From contig OZ260661.1 of assembly GCA_965285935.1 (NCBI GenBank), positions 51,956,001 to 52,020,000 on the forward strand: 64,000 nt of DNA, given 5' to 3'. Below, piece by piece: positions 34,945 to 47,841 of this stretch (position 1 is the stretch's first letter; each line of letters starts with the position of its first letter). The notes below the pieces were generated by a model. The model was not told the DNA's origin. It searched no databases and saw nothing but the letters and a program-made list of their open reading frames with translations. This stretch comes from Ophelia neglecta. Its lineage: Eukaryota. The position numbers were made by a program, and so were the translations under genes.

Positions 34945-37248
34945 CGAGAGACAAATTGAAATCTATAGATATAACGAAATTTAGTGAAGATATTCAGTCA
35001 TCCTCCCTTGTTGATAATTTATCGACTTCCAATATCAGATCAACCGAGGAGCTAGTTGATAACTATAACCATGTTCTCAGCTCACTGTTAGATCAGCATG
35101 CTCCTCTCAGGACAAAAACTGTGGCCTTACGAGCCATAGAGCCATGGTTTAATGACTCAATTGGGGAGGCAAAAAGATATAGAAGGAAACTCGAGCGCCA
35201 ATGGCGACACACAAAACTTGTGGTGCATCGCGACATGTACAGGGCACAGGCTGATGCTGTTAACTGTTTGGTGAAGCGAGCCAAACAGGAGCATTATACT
35301 TCAACTATTCAAGAAAATAGAGGTGATCAGAAAGCTCTGTTTAGAGTTATAGACACCCTCCTTCACCGAGGTAAAACTTCACCACAACCCACAAGTTGCT
35401 CAACACAAGTACTAGCTGACTCTTTCGCGAATTTTTTTGCTGATAAAGTCACTAAGGTTTATAATGACCTGAGCGCAGTGCGCCAGTCATGTTCTGATAC
35501 CCCGGGTGAGGAATTGCATGTGGAGCTGCCCTACTGTGGGGATGTGCTACAGGCTTTCAGACTAACAAATGTTGTAGAGCTAAAAAGAGTTGTCATGAGC
35601 TCCCCCACAAAATCATCCGAGCTTGACCCTGTCCCTACTTGGTTACTCAAGGGGTGCTTGGATACTCTACTGCCTGTTTTGGTTGACATTATAAACCTTT
35701 CATTCAGCTCTGGGGTTGTACCTCACAAACTCAAACATGCAGTGGTTAGACCATTGCTCAAGAAAGCTAGTTTGGACAAGGAACAGCTCGGCCATTACAG
35801 GCCAGTGTCTAATCTGACTTACCTGTCAAAACTAGCAGAGCGAGTGGTCGCCAGTAGGCTCACTGACCACATGAAGTCAAACAACCTAGATGAGTTGTTT
35901 CAGTCCGCTTACAAGAAATTCCACAGCGTTGAAACAGCCCTGGTGCGGGTTCACAACGATGTGATGGTGGCTCTAGACCAACATAAATGTGTACTGTTGG
36001 TTCTTCTTGATCTATCTTGTGCCTTTGACACCGTTGACCATGCAGTCTTATTAGAGCGGCTAGAGTCGCATCGGTGTCCAAGGCAGTGCCCTTGCTTGGT
36101 TCAGTTCATATATTTCTGATAGATCCCAGTGCGTGAGCATTGGCTCCACTTGTTCTGAGTCGAGGCTACTAGGTCGTGGCGTGCCCCAGGGGAGCGTACT
36201 AGGGCCGCTTTTGTTCTCAATCTATACACTGCCATTGGGGGATCTCATGGGATATTACCAGATCCCATACCATTTTTATGCTGATCATACTCAGGTATAT
36301 ATCTCTTTTAAACCGGAGGACTTGCCGGAGGCAAAATCGAAAGTTGAGATCTGCATTGATGGTGTGAGGAAATGGATGGCTCACAATTTTCTTCGTCTTA
36401 ATGACACTAAGACAGAAATTATGTGTATCAGGTCAAGAGGAAGCAATCAAAGCATTGATACAGGCGTTCGAATAGGGGAGTCTCTGATTCAGCTATCCTC
36501 TTCAGCACGAAATATTGGAGCAATTTTCAGTTGTGATGGCACTCTCGAAGCACACATCAACGCAACCTGCAAGGGTGCATTTTTTCAGCTGCGCAATATT
36601 GCCAAGATAAAAAAGTATCTCACACCAGAGGCCCTGCAGACTATAACTCATGCATTTGTAACATCAAAAATTGATAATTTGAACTCACTCTATGGAGGGC
36701 TCCCTGTTTTTCTAGTTCAAAAATTGCAACGGGTGCAGAATGCAGCAGCCCGTATGGTGCTCGGGTCCCCTTACAGGGCACATATCACACCACTTCTCAA
36801 GCAGTTGCACTGGCTGCCAGTGCAACAGCGCATACAATTTAAAATCTACTTGATCACATTTAAGGCTCTCAATGGGCTGGCTCCCCCATACGTCAGGGAT
36901 ATGTTGCTCCCATATGTGCCAACCAGAGACTTAAGATCACGGGGTCACAATTTGTTGGTGGTACCAAAGGTCAGAACCGTTAGTTTTGGACATATGCAAT
37001 TTTCGCATCTAGCTCCCAAAATATGGAACAGTTTGCCAAGTGATACACGTTTGTCTGAGACTGTTTCCGGTTTTAAACGTAAAATAAAGACTTTTCTTTT
37101 TAATGCAGCTTTCAAAAACTTGTAAACTATGTTTGTTTTTAACCCAATTGTTATTACATAACTGTACATTTTCTATTGTTAAGCGCTATTGAACAAGTTT
37201 TTTGGAAATAACGCTCTATAAATGTAATAAATAAATAAATAAATAAAA
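34945..37248 (+). mobile_element. 5'-truncated L2-clade LINE ORF2 (reverse transcriptase), inactive
   Basis: ORFs 34956-36119 and 36133-37125 are one RT split by a frameshift near 36069 (YRPVSNL, QSAYKKFHSVETAL, LLDLSCAFDTVDH, GVPQGSVLGP, LHWLP). YADD is mutated to YADH; AAGCGC...CTATAAAT 3' end and (TAAA)n tail. Confidence 0.93.
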
Positions 37249-40200
37249 TTAATGACAGAGACAGGGAAAAAGACAGAGTGTGGGAAAAAGCAAGTAACTG
37301 TTATTGTTAGCAGGTTTGGGGGACCACAATCATCAGTAGTAGACAACAGGAGAGTAAACTCAGCAACGGGAGCATGGCTTAGTCATAAATCATGCGAATG
37401 CCAACAAGTAAGGCCATTTAGTGTTCAAGGGAAAGTAAATAACAAAGGTGTCTCAAAGCTGTTGGCTGGCACTTGAAATTAATAAAAAAGAACAGGAGTT
37501 GAAACAGGCAGTCAAACCAAAATTGACAAATAATCAAACATCAATCTCCAGTATCATTACTTATTCTCGGCGAATGGATTGAATGAATGAACTCTGCTCT
37601 TTCAATACGTGTTAAGAAAGCAGTTTCTGTGTAAAAGAAAAAGTAAACATACACAAGAAGTAAATTCAAGTCTTTCCTAGAGTTTTCATAGTATATGTCA
37701 ACTATAAAATGGTGGCTAAAGATGAGTGTTGAATGGAACCTAGTCATAAAAAAATTAACTAACATATTTTCGATAAGTATCAATTTAAGATTAAATGGAA
37801 TAGTTCGATCTACTTTGACACCGCCTTACGCAGGCGCATGAACTTTTTATACCGAAATGAGCAATTTAGCCTTTGTTATAAACAATTCCTAATGAAGATT
37901 AATAATATTCCTTGCATTCTGACAATGTTACTGGGTACATACCCCACATACCCTACCCATGTTAGCAATCCTGGTCTATTCCGGTTTGTAAGAGTTCTAT
38001 TTGCTACATATTAATGGAATCTATTATACATGCATTGCCACGAACATATTCGCTGTATTCTAAATTTAGTCATCATCTTCTGACAGTCAGATGAGTCGAT
38101 CATTGAGGTTCATTAGGCTCACAGTATCAAAATTTGAATAATCAATTCCAAATTATATCCCCAGTATTACCCATTTCATAATGTTCACCGTAAATTTTGC
38201 CCTTATCTTTCTGCCTGCAAATGCAAATACAAAACAAGTCCAGTCAAATGTGGCAGCCATATTGAATTATGCAAATAAAGCTCAGCCAATCATAAACGCG
38301 CATAAGCCACTATTAAGCTATGTAATACTTTCTACTGGTCCTCTGCCAGCTAATAGATTTCATAGTAATGGTATATTTTATAATGTGGCCGTGTAATGCC
38401 AATCATCATAACCAATTTTAGTAAAATGTGGCTACCATATTGGTTTATGTACACAAGGCCTATCCAATCACTATTGTGCATATTTCATTCTTTACCAATT
38501 CTGCCAAATTGCATTTAATAGCTGCAAAACAACATATCATCTATTTTCACGTGGAATTTGGCGGCCATATTAGATTTATGTAAATTCGCTATATACAATA
38601 TAATATAGAAAAGGCATAAAGGAAATATCCTTTTAGAAAATTTGACGTTTGGGAATGTCATTTGAAATGTTTCTGCTGGCGTGAAACGTTTTGTTTAGCC
38701 CATTTCTTCTGTATTTAACCTTATTCTATTTGATTAAATTGCTCTCTTTATTGGTAATTGTAATCGCCATATTCCAAATCGATATTTAAAAGTGTCAATC
38801 ATTTGCTAATTCCAGGTGATAACAGCTGCAACGAATTAATATGCAATTGCTTCAATCTATTGGAAGAAAGGTATTCAATACTTATGCAACTATTCAAACA
38901 GCGAAACTCCTGTTGATACCTGCCAGGCTGCCAGGATAAATCTTAAACATGACGGCCATTATGAATTTTTTAAGTGTAATTAGTGTCTGATATAACTTAA
39001 TATTGCAAGTAATTTTTCATAGCTGAAATACCGTTCAATAAGCAAGTTCTATTTCTACAATGACAGGCGCTTGGCTCAATAAGGTGTTGGAGGCATGCGA
39101 CTTGTCAAACAATAAACCTTGATGGTATAGGACCAAAGTGATAACACCACCGTGACCCTTAATGATGACAATCGTAGGCAAGAGAATTCGAAATAATTTG
39201 CACCTCTTAGCATAAAGTCACAAAGTTGATACGAATAGATAATCGGTAAACTGGCAACTGCCCCAAATTATTTAAGTGGAACACTGATAGCCTTTCGCAA
39301 ATTAATAGCACATCATGTGAATAATGTACTTGATAAGACCAAAAAAATAAGACCAAAAAAAAAAGTGCCACAGATGAGATACTATGATATCGAACGTTCA
39401 GTGTTCAACAAAAACATTTCCCTTCAATGTCTAGGGCAAGTAAAATGCTCACTTGACAAGAGCAATTCACTAGTTATCTGTCCTTAGGAACCAAGCTACA
39501 CCTCAACTTATCACAGACAGTGGGTGGTTATAGTTGCCTTTTAAGACCGATTGGCATAAAATGTAAAACAAATTATCTTGAATGCAGGCATATAGCTTAT
39601 GATACGGAGAAAATTTAACTATAATGAAATAGGCTGTATGAAGAGCAAAGGACATTAGAATCGACCAAATGTGCGAATGCTACTGGTTGCAGACAACACA
39701 ATCATCTGTATGCATATATAGGTCATACTGGTATATTTTCTGTTTGTTCAGCGCATGCTTGAGAATATAATTTTTACCCCATTTTCAGCAAAAGCATTTA
39801 CCACAAACCAAGAGTACCTACAAGCTAACCTATCCGGAAACCTCTATATAAACACAAAAAAGGTAAAATTATACAAATGATGTCTTCATCCTAGCATATA
39901 CCTGCAGGAAGTTGCTATTGACAATTAAGGGATTAAATACTGTTCTCATAAGACACATTACTCAGATTATACATCTTTCGTGGTAACGACGCACTGAGCA
40001 TAGTAGTGAATGTTTTATTCTTAATCCGGTGCTGTAGTTGGTACACATGAAACTTTGGAGGTTTGCATTTCCTACGGTATATTACTGAAGCAGTAAGCGA
40101 CATATGGGCAGCTATGGGCAACAGTTTCCCTGTCATTCTTCCGTTGGCATGCGTCAAACCTGCCTGTGTGGCATTCCGGTTGGCCGTTCTGTTGTGTGAA

Positions 40201-40559
40201 GAATAAACGAAACACAACTACAGCACGACCTGGGAAAATGCCACAAATGTGTGTATTCTTTTTGAGAGGACAACAATAACCCAAACCAATAAAATATAGA
40301 CACAATAACAATGAATGCGCCTATCAGTTTTTTGCTTCGAGTAACCTTGAGCTTATATGTGCTACCCGAAATAATAAAAGTCCACTGGGTGAGAATGGTA
40401 TGGTATAATATTAACGTAACTGATGTTTTTTTTTGGACCAAAAACTACATGTTACTTTCCCTTACAACTATATAGACACAATAATATATATGAATTTAAA
40501 TATATGCTTAAAGGTTTGCTTAGGGTAAAACGTTTGGTATATATTAAAGTGACTGCATA

Positions 40560-41150
40560 ACGTACTCAGTGTAGGGAATGAACAACTCGGTTAACCATGG
40601 TTCAACCAGTTCCTGTAGTTAATGCCCGGATATCCTGCAATCTTCCAAGTTCGAGGCGTGATTTGTTAATCACGGTTAACCGACTGCCGCCGGCGAATTT
40701 CGCCGAGGTCGCAGGGTCACATCCGGGAAGGGAGGGATCAGTGGTCCCGGCGTCCAAAATCACCACAACCGAGATATGTGCCTGGCGCAGGACCAGTAGA
40801 CGTGCGCTTATTTGGGGGTATAATGCTCGATAATCAGATAAAGCGTCGAATTAAGGGGTCTGCACGTCAGAGCTGCGTACGGCTTCACAGTGTTTCCATG
40901 GGTTTAGTGTTATTGTCTTGAGTCCCTGAGACGTGCTGACCTTGGAACTCCTAAGCTGCAAGCGTTTTTTACGAGAGCAAAAACAAAGCGTATGCCCCGT
41001 GAGCGGGGGCAAGAGAGAGAGAGACCCCTAGCTAGGGCAGAGCACGGGAGACGATGCACACGATTGGTCACAGCTGATCTAATGAACTTTTAAGAGCACT
41101 TCTCTGTGTCCAATGACTGATGCCATAGATAGCGGTTGAGTTCCATGTGA
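40560..41150. promoter_or_regulatory. CpG/GC-rich promoter- or first-exon-like island
   Basis: High CpG density against AT-rich flanks, CCAAT boxes (ATTGG 41063-41067, CCAAT 41110-41114), a GA repeat, and a minus-strand donor-like GA|GTACGT at 40565. Confidence 0.4.
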
Positions 41151-42719
41151 CTCCCCAGACACATGCCCCGATACAAACATTTATAAACGATAATGCCTCC
41201 ATAAACTATTTTATGTATACGTGTAGGCCTATAATTATGACTTCATTATTACAGTCACGTATCTCAAAGTAGTTGACAAACTTTTAAAATAGATATGCGC
41301 ATGCGTATGCGAATACATTTAAATTGTCTGATTTTTGAATTTCTATTCGGTCTGGGCCAAGCTACCCTCCCAATAACATAGGAGAACACAGTAGGCCGTA
41401 GGCGATGAATTAGACGAAATAAGCCTATGCACAGCCCAACAAGCTTTTTTTCGACTGCCTTTTTTATGTAAGAGGTGGGGCTAAACCTAATTAACGCATG
41501 GATTGCGAGGCCGCTAATTAAGATGTATAAAATAGAAGCTACAGGATTTTTACACCGACAAGTATCCGAAAAACCGCGCCTTAAGAGTTAATAATAGTCA
41601 TGGTTGAAAAGGTCATTGTTGCACACTTAGCCCCGAGGCTGGCGTTGAAATTGACAGGAAAATTACAGAAAATGCAAATGAAATTTTTGCAAACTTCGCA
41701 CAAATATTAGTTTTTGAAAGTTAAAATGAAATGATTTAATGTTTTCTAGTAAAAAATGAACAAACTTAACGTCTTTATGGGCAAGGTAAGAATATTGGAA
41801 AAAAGAAATTTATTGAGAATAATTTTTTCTCTACGATTCGGGGTTTTCTTACTATTGTATTGGTTAGACGTCAATCTAATAGTAGCGATTTGCACGTTTG
41901 TGAAGTGATGTAATAAATGTGTATATATAAATCAATGTTAGAATTTTCCTTATGATCATGGCACGTCTATTTTCATTCAAGGTAATCCTTTGTTCTAATA
42001 TATTCAGAAATAAAAAAGTGTGTAGACTTGTATAATTGATAAAGTTTACCACCAATCTTATCGATTTATTTGAACTTGTATTTACTTGTTTCTATTCCTC
42101 TCCATTTGAGAGTTTTTCACAGAGAATGCGTCCAAGGTGTCATGTGACGGTCATGTGTCACTACCACACAGGCGGACTGAATTTGAACACTGATCAAATT
42201 ATGTTTTGTCCACATTAAAGTTCACAACAATAAAGTCAGTTGCACCGTGGGAGCGTTGGTAAGCACTTAAATACCAAACATCGAGCATTTTACTCTCGTT
42301 TTAAATGTCAAATGTGACTATCACCGCATGTGTTTCGTACCAAGGTAGTTACAAGATTCTTTGTTCATGGCAACTTCAATTAATTTCCTATCGATCAAAG
42401 TGAATAAACTCTTCCATCTAGCCTGGTTCTCCGCAGAGCAACAGACAAAAACAAGGTAGAAAAATATATGTCAAGGTGGAAAATATTTGCAATAGTTAGT
42501 TTCTGTAACAATTAACGGTTGGGTGGGAAACAGCAGAGTAAATGTTTGATGTGTCTGTTTGTGTGATATATCTGTAATATTTGTTTTTCGTCTCGTGTCT
42601 TGTCTTCATCGATGAAAAAGAGGGTACGAATGCATATATTTATACAACATAGAAAACATAAGAGAAAAATGTCTTATTTCCGTGTCTTATTTGCATATTC
42701 CTTTTTTGATATTGTAGTT

Positions 42720-43250
42720 TGACACTCACATACTACAAGTTCTGCCGATAGATAATAGTCAGGCATACTTGTTTTCCTTGTTTAATCATTCTGTCGGTGG
42801 CTTTTATTTTCAAAAAGCAGCAAATCTATTCTTACAACCCACCTTTGAGATGTCCTATATCAGTCACCCCTATAAGGTTTATGGCCAGCCCCTAGCCCTG
42901 CTATCCAATGTTGTCAATTGCCTTCTATACAGTTGCTTCTATAAAGCTCTCCACCAATTCCGTGTAGACCCCTGGATACCTCTCTTGCTGGTAAAAACGC
43001 CGTCGACATATGACATTTTATATTGGGTTTGGCTGTAACAGATGAATATTGGCAGGTTGTAACGGTTATAATTACAACCAAACATAATGAGTTTTAAAAT
43101 CATTTTAAAATCAAATAATTCTCCCAATCGCCTTCCTGGTAAGTTAACAAGAAATTGGCACTTTCTGGAAACTGTTACAACCATTCCCAGTGTCCCCTTT
43201 AAACCTGAAAATTAATTAAGGTCTTTTTTTTAGATTGTAACTGGAATCGG
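42720..43250 (-). mobile_element. Possible highly decayed LINE (RTE-X-like) remnant
   Basis: LPGRRLGELFDFKMILKLIMFGC resembles LPxxxxxxLFDxxIxPILxYGC; weak. Confidence 0.3.
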
Positions 43251-44489
43251 CTGTATAGGGAAGGTCTATCATGCAGCATGTTCATACGACCGTGTAGGCC
43301 TATATTGCATCCGGCGTGGTTCATTTCCAGGTTTATGATGGTTTAGTGCTTACTGAAAAATAAGCGCAAAGAACTCAACTCTGTCTCGTTTTTAATTCTC
43401 AAGAGTAGACACAAAACTCAAATTTAACCTCTGACTGATACTTGCACAAGCCGAACTAGCAATAGCAAGGTACTGATTTGTGATCGAGTTCGGTGGAATT
43501 TATACTCAAGAAAAAACGCTGACAATTACGACAGTTGCACACTACGAAGTGCCCTTTTTTTGCCAGTAGAGCACTCTTTTCGGCCCTATATATTTTTATT
43601 TTGAAAAACCAAGGTGCAACATTTATCAATAATCGAAATTAAATTTTGTTGATGTAAATTTCAAAGTTTGACCCACCCCCCTCTTCCCAAGAAACCAAAT
43701 AGATCACCTGTTTTCCTCAATTGAATATATGGCTGGCCGGGAAGCTTCCATGTACCCTCAAAGTCAATCAGAAGCGGAGGTACTTAATCCTGCTTGGCGA
43801 TTTGACTAGTGGTAACTTTCTTCTGAGGGTAAACTTGAGCCGGAGAGACTTCCATATATTACCAGGAACGGAAGCCATATACAGAACCAATTCAAACAAG
43901 TCAGCCTTGAAGAAGAAAATGCTCGAAAAAGACGTGATGGGCAAGATACATCTGGATAATGAGCAAATGTATAAAGCTTATGAAGTCAATATCACAGTAT
44001 ACAATATTGTTGAATATTAGCTCTGTGACGCTCTTTGGGTTTTTTTTCTAGTTTCCAGGATGAAAATATGTATTAGTAGATCAAATATAGGTCTATACAC
44101 AATCAAAAAAGGCCCCTTGTCGTGCAGTGGCATTATTACGGAATCCCATCGCATGACATTAAGGTAAAACTAGATCGATATGGCGTGCCCTGTTAGTTAT
44201 ACTCATTTCCTGCACGCGTGCGAATACATACCTTATTTATTAACAATTTCACCAACAAATAAATTTCAAAATGTTCACCCAGATTATTTTTCCTCCGAAT
44301 ATCGACTTTAAAAGGCATATCGCCAAGGGATCTGGACACAAGGGGGCTGAGTGTCTTTTAATACTCGTCACGCCTAGTTCGGGATTGCAGAAGAGTAGAG
44401 GAGTGAGATAGGTAGCCTACAGAGAGGCAAGGGTAGAGTTGAACCCGCGCAAAAACAACTTTGAACTTTTTCTGATCCTTTAACCCCTC

Positions 44490-45000
44490 ATACGGTGTCC
44501 CTCAAGTATCAATTCTAGGACCCATTTTATTCCTATGTCATATCAACGATGTTGCCACTATTTCAGGAACTTTATTTCTATTTTTCCGCTGACAATTCTA
44601 TGCCTTCATCACTGGCAAAGATGTAAACTCGTTGATTGATACACTGACTCGAGAAATAGATAGGCTTATAGTTTGGGTCAAGCAAACATACCCCCTATTA
44701 ATGTCAGAAAGAAAAAAGTACATGTTGATTTCGGGAAAATAAGCAGAAACCAGTTATTATTAATAATAAAAAATATAAATGACAGGGTCAACAAAAGTCA
44801 TTGTGACTCAAGTTTTACTTGGAAACAGAATATAGGGTATATGAGAGGTAGAACTTCCCGTTGTTTCAGCTGTAGCAAGAAAGATACTGAACTGTAAAAC
44901 TCTATTTTCCTTATATTTATCATTGTCTTTCCTTGTATTTATTGAATCGAAGTATTGGGAAGCACATATTTAGATCCCCTTATTAAAAATTGGCAAGTCT
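44490..45000 (+). mobile_element. Decayed CR1/L2-group LINE RT remnant (Crack/Daphne-like)
   Basis: GVPQVSILGPILFLCHINDV, then GKDVNSLIDTLTREIDRLIVWV, ANIPPINVRK and FTWKQNI across frameshifts. Confidence 0.75.
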
Positions 45001-45679
45001 TAGTCTTACAAATACATACAATATCACATAATTAATTGGGTTACTGAATATGCATAAAATTAACAAAAGCACAATGAATTTGTAATAATACAAATAATAT
45101 TCATGAACATAAGTCAATAAATGCATCTGCATAGCAAATGTAGCTTTTATATTGCTACACGCGTGACAAAGTATCAGGGATAAGATTGTCTCTTCCCGTT
45201 AATGGGTTTAAGTCAAGATTGTACTTTGCATAAGCTTCACCTCCACAATCTCTGATTTCGATTCTTCAGGTTATGCAGAAAACTGAAGGGATTGTGATCA
45301 CTGAAGACTTAAATTGGTGTCTGTATCGAAGTCAAGTAAGTCTAAAAAGCTGAATAGAAAGAACAAGAACAGGACACTTTTTCTCAATAAAAAGTAGAGT
45401 TAATTTTGTTTATTAAACTTTTCAGAAAAGTAAAAAACAGGGTCATCAATTCCATTGTCATCCTCTTTGACCATAACAGAACCAGCACCTATATCACTGG
45501 CATCTACAGCCAATTTAAAAGTTTCAACCAATTTTTGGTGCCAAAAGGGCTAGTGTACCCAAGTATGGCCTTCAATATATCAAGAGCAATCCGACAATTA
45601 TCTCTGCAAATACGTTTGGCTTATTTTCAACACATTTGTCAAATGTTCTGCGATCACTGAAAAGTTATCACAGGATTTC

Positions 45680-45950
45680 TTTAATATCCAACCATGCCGA
45701 GAAATCACATCAGTTGCCTTTTAGGTAAAGGCGAAGTGGCTAGAAAGAAAGCTTCAGTCATAGCGTCTTCAGGCTTAACTTGACCATGTCCCACAACATG
45801 ACCTAGAAATGTCAAATGGTCGTATAGCTGCGTCGTATGAAGGATGCTTCTGTAGATGTTCTTCAGATGAATCCGAGTATATAATGACATCTTCAATATA
45901 TACATCGCAGCCCTCTACACCCGATTTCACCATATTGATGAGCCTCTCAT
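45680..45950 (-). mobile_element. Gypsy/Ty3 reverse transcriptase remnant
   Basis: ERLINMVKSGVEGCDVYIEDVIIYSDSSEEHL (YxDD region), TFLGHVVGHGQVKP, FLGMVGY. Confidence 0.8.
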
Positions 45951-47639
45951 GAAACCCTCCGATCCTCGTATAGGGTCTCTAACTGCAAACAACAGCAAAT
46001 GGACATTGACCCAACTGACCTTGCATGTCATGTTATGTAAGAAACACTAATAAACAAATGTCCCATTTCTCGATTGCTAGTTACAGTGTAATATTTGTCC
46101 ATTGGGAGGTCTGACAAACTGGAAATAAAGATGCATTTGTGAGGCACCTTGTTCGATTTCAGGAAATCCGGAAGTGCATCCAACTCAGGTCGTCTTTGTC
46201 TTGTATGCATGTATCATCGAATAGGGAAGCACGGGGTTAGATATGCACCTGCTTTATTGACACATGGCCAAATAAATGGTTTGGACTTCCACAATTACCT
46301 AGTTTGCTTGCGGACAACACATACTTATACAATGTCAAATTAGATTTAATAAGATTTGTCAAAAAACGCAAGTTAAGAAATACTTTCTTGTAAAAAGAAT
46401 TTTTTTCCTGTTAAAAGTAAAAATACTTAGCCAACTATTGTTTTCTTAGCCGAGCTACATAGGATGATTATTGATATATAGGTTGTATTTCCTAAAAACG
46501 TGTTTCAAGACTCACTGTAGTAAGGCGCGACAAAATGTCTTGGTAAAAAATGATTATCCAACTTACCAGTTTATACAAACAACATTCTTAAACAAGTTTA
46601 CTTTTTCCTTTAATAATTCTCTGTAGCAGTGGTTAGGGAAAAAATTGCCACTGAAAAATTAAGTTTTTTATCGTACTTGGGAACATCTTTTTAGTCTTGG
46701 GCAATCTCATGATTTCACCTCAGAGTCTGTTGATATAGACTGGGCAATTGTCCTGTAAACTCTATTTATTCTTGCGCTCCTGGCTGGTTTCCAATATTGT
46801 GATTAGCATGCAACCCTTACAACTTAACCAGTGGGAATTGCCACAATGAATAGAACATGCCGGCACTCCTGTTAAGGGTAGACTGGCTTTCAGTCGTTGT
46901 TTTATTATTAACTGTCTCTGCTGATAACAATATATCGAAGAGGTTTACCAAAGTGCGTCATTGAGCAGGTTGTGACAACTAAGAGCAGGTGACAACAAAG
47001 ACAGCAAAAAAAAAAAAAAAAACAGAAAAATGGATTATGTAAACAGGTGTATTTTCTACTATAATGGTTGGCCAGACTTCGATACAATCCCCTTTGCCTT
47101 ATCCTCTTTGGCTTATTCAAAATTCTTGGCCACTTTCAATACTGATGGGGAATGGGGTGGTTGAGCAATGGGAAGGTGTACTCTCATTCCCCTTCTGATA
47201 CTTTAGTGTACATTGTTACTGCATGCGAACCAAATACACCGCAATAAGACAACAGTCCTTTTATAATACTTCTTTGTTTTTCAATTGCTTTTCTAATGAT
47301 ACACGTAGCCTAATTTACTACCACCTGTATTCCAAACTTACATAACAAATGCTAAGACAAACAAGTCAGGGCTTTAAACATGTGAAGGCCTTTCCGCTAT
47401 ATACATTGGGGTCCAAAGAAGAGCACACCAATTTAGGTAGCGCTTGGATAATATTGTTTTATTCTTTGTGGGTCTCTAGGTACAGATACGTCTCAATGTA
47501 ATGGGAAATTCACTGTAGTTGAGCCTGCCCCAGTGGTATTGGCTTGTGTGACACCCGATACCCAGAATGGTCAAAACTGGAACTGTAGATTATGATAGTA
47601 GAAATACGAGCAGTTATTCCACAGTAAATCATATGAGTA

Positions 47640-47841
47640 CTGTAAACACCCTAATTTAGTGAGTCGATTATTTCGCGAGTTTTGCGAGTAAGGTCAAAAT
47701 CGCGAATTTAAAGGCTCGCGAAAATAGAGAAAAGTGAGAATCTTTGAGGGTGCCTCTGAACCGCATAATTCAAGGCCAGGAAAATAATTTGTGTGCAAAA
47801 ATCGTGAATATTAAGGACCACGAAATTAAAGGGTTTTACAA
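47640..47841. mobile_element. TA-flanked MITE (Tc1/mariner/pogo-like)
   Basis: TA|CTGTAAA ... TTTACAA|TA ends with internal inverted TCGCGAA motifs. Confidence 0.65.

Noticed and set aside
34956-37125. Two-gene retron-like or functional reverse transcriptase system
   Set aside because: It is one L2 ORF2 broken by a frameshift, lacking the endonuclease domain, with YADH in place of YADD.
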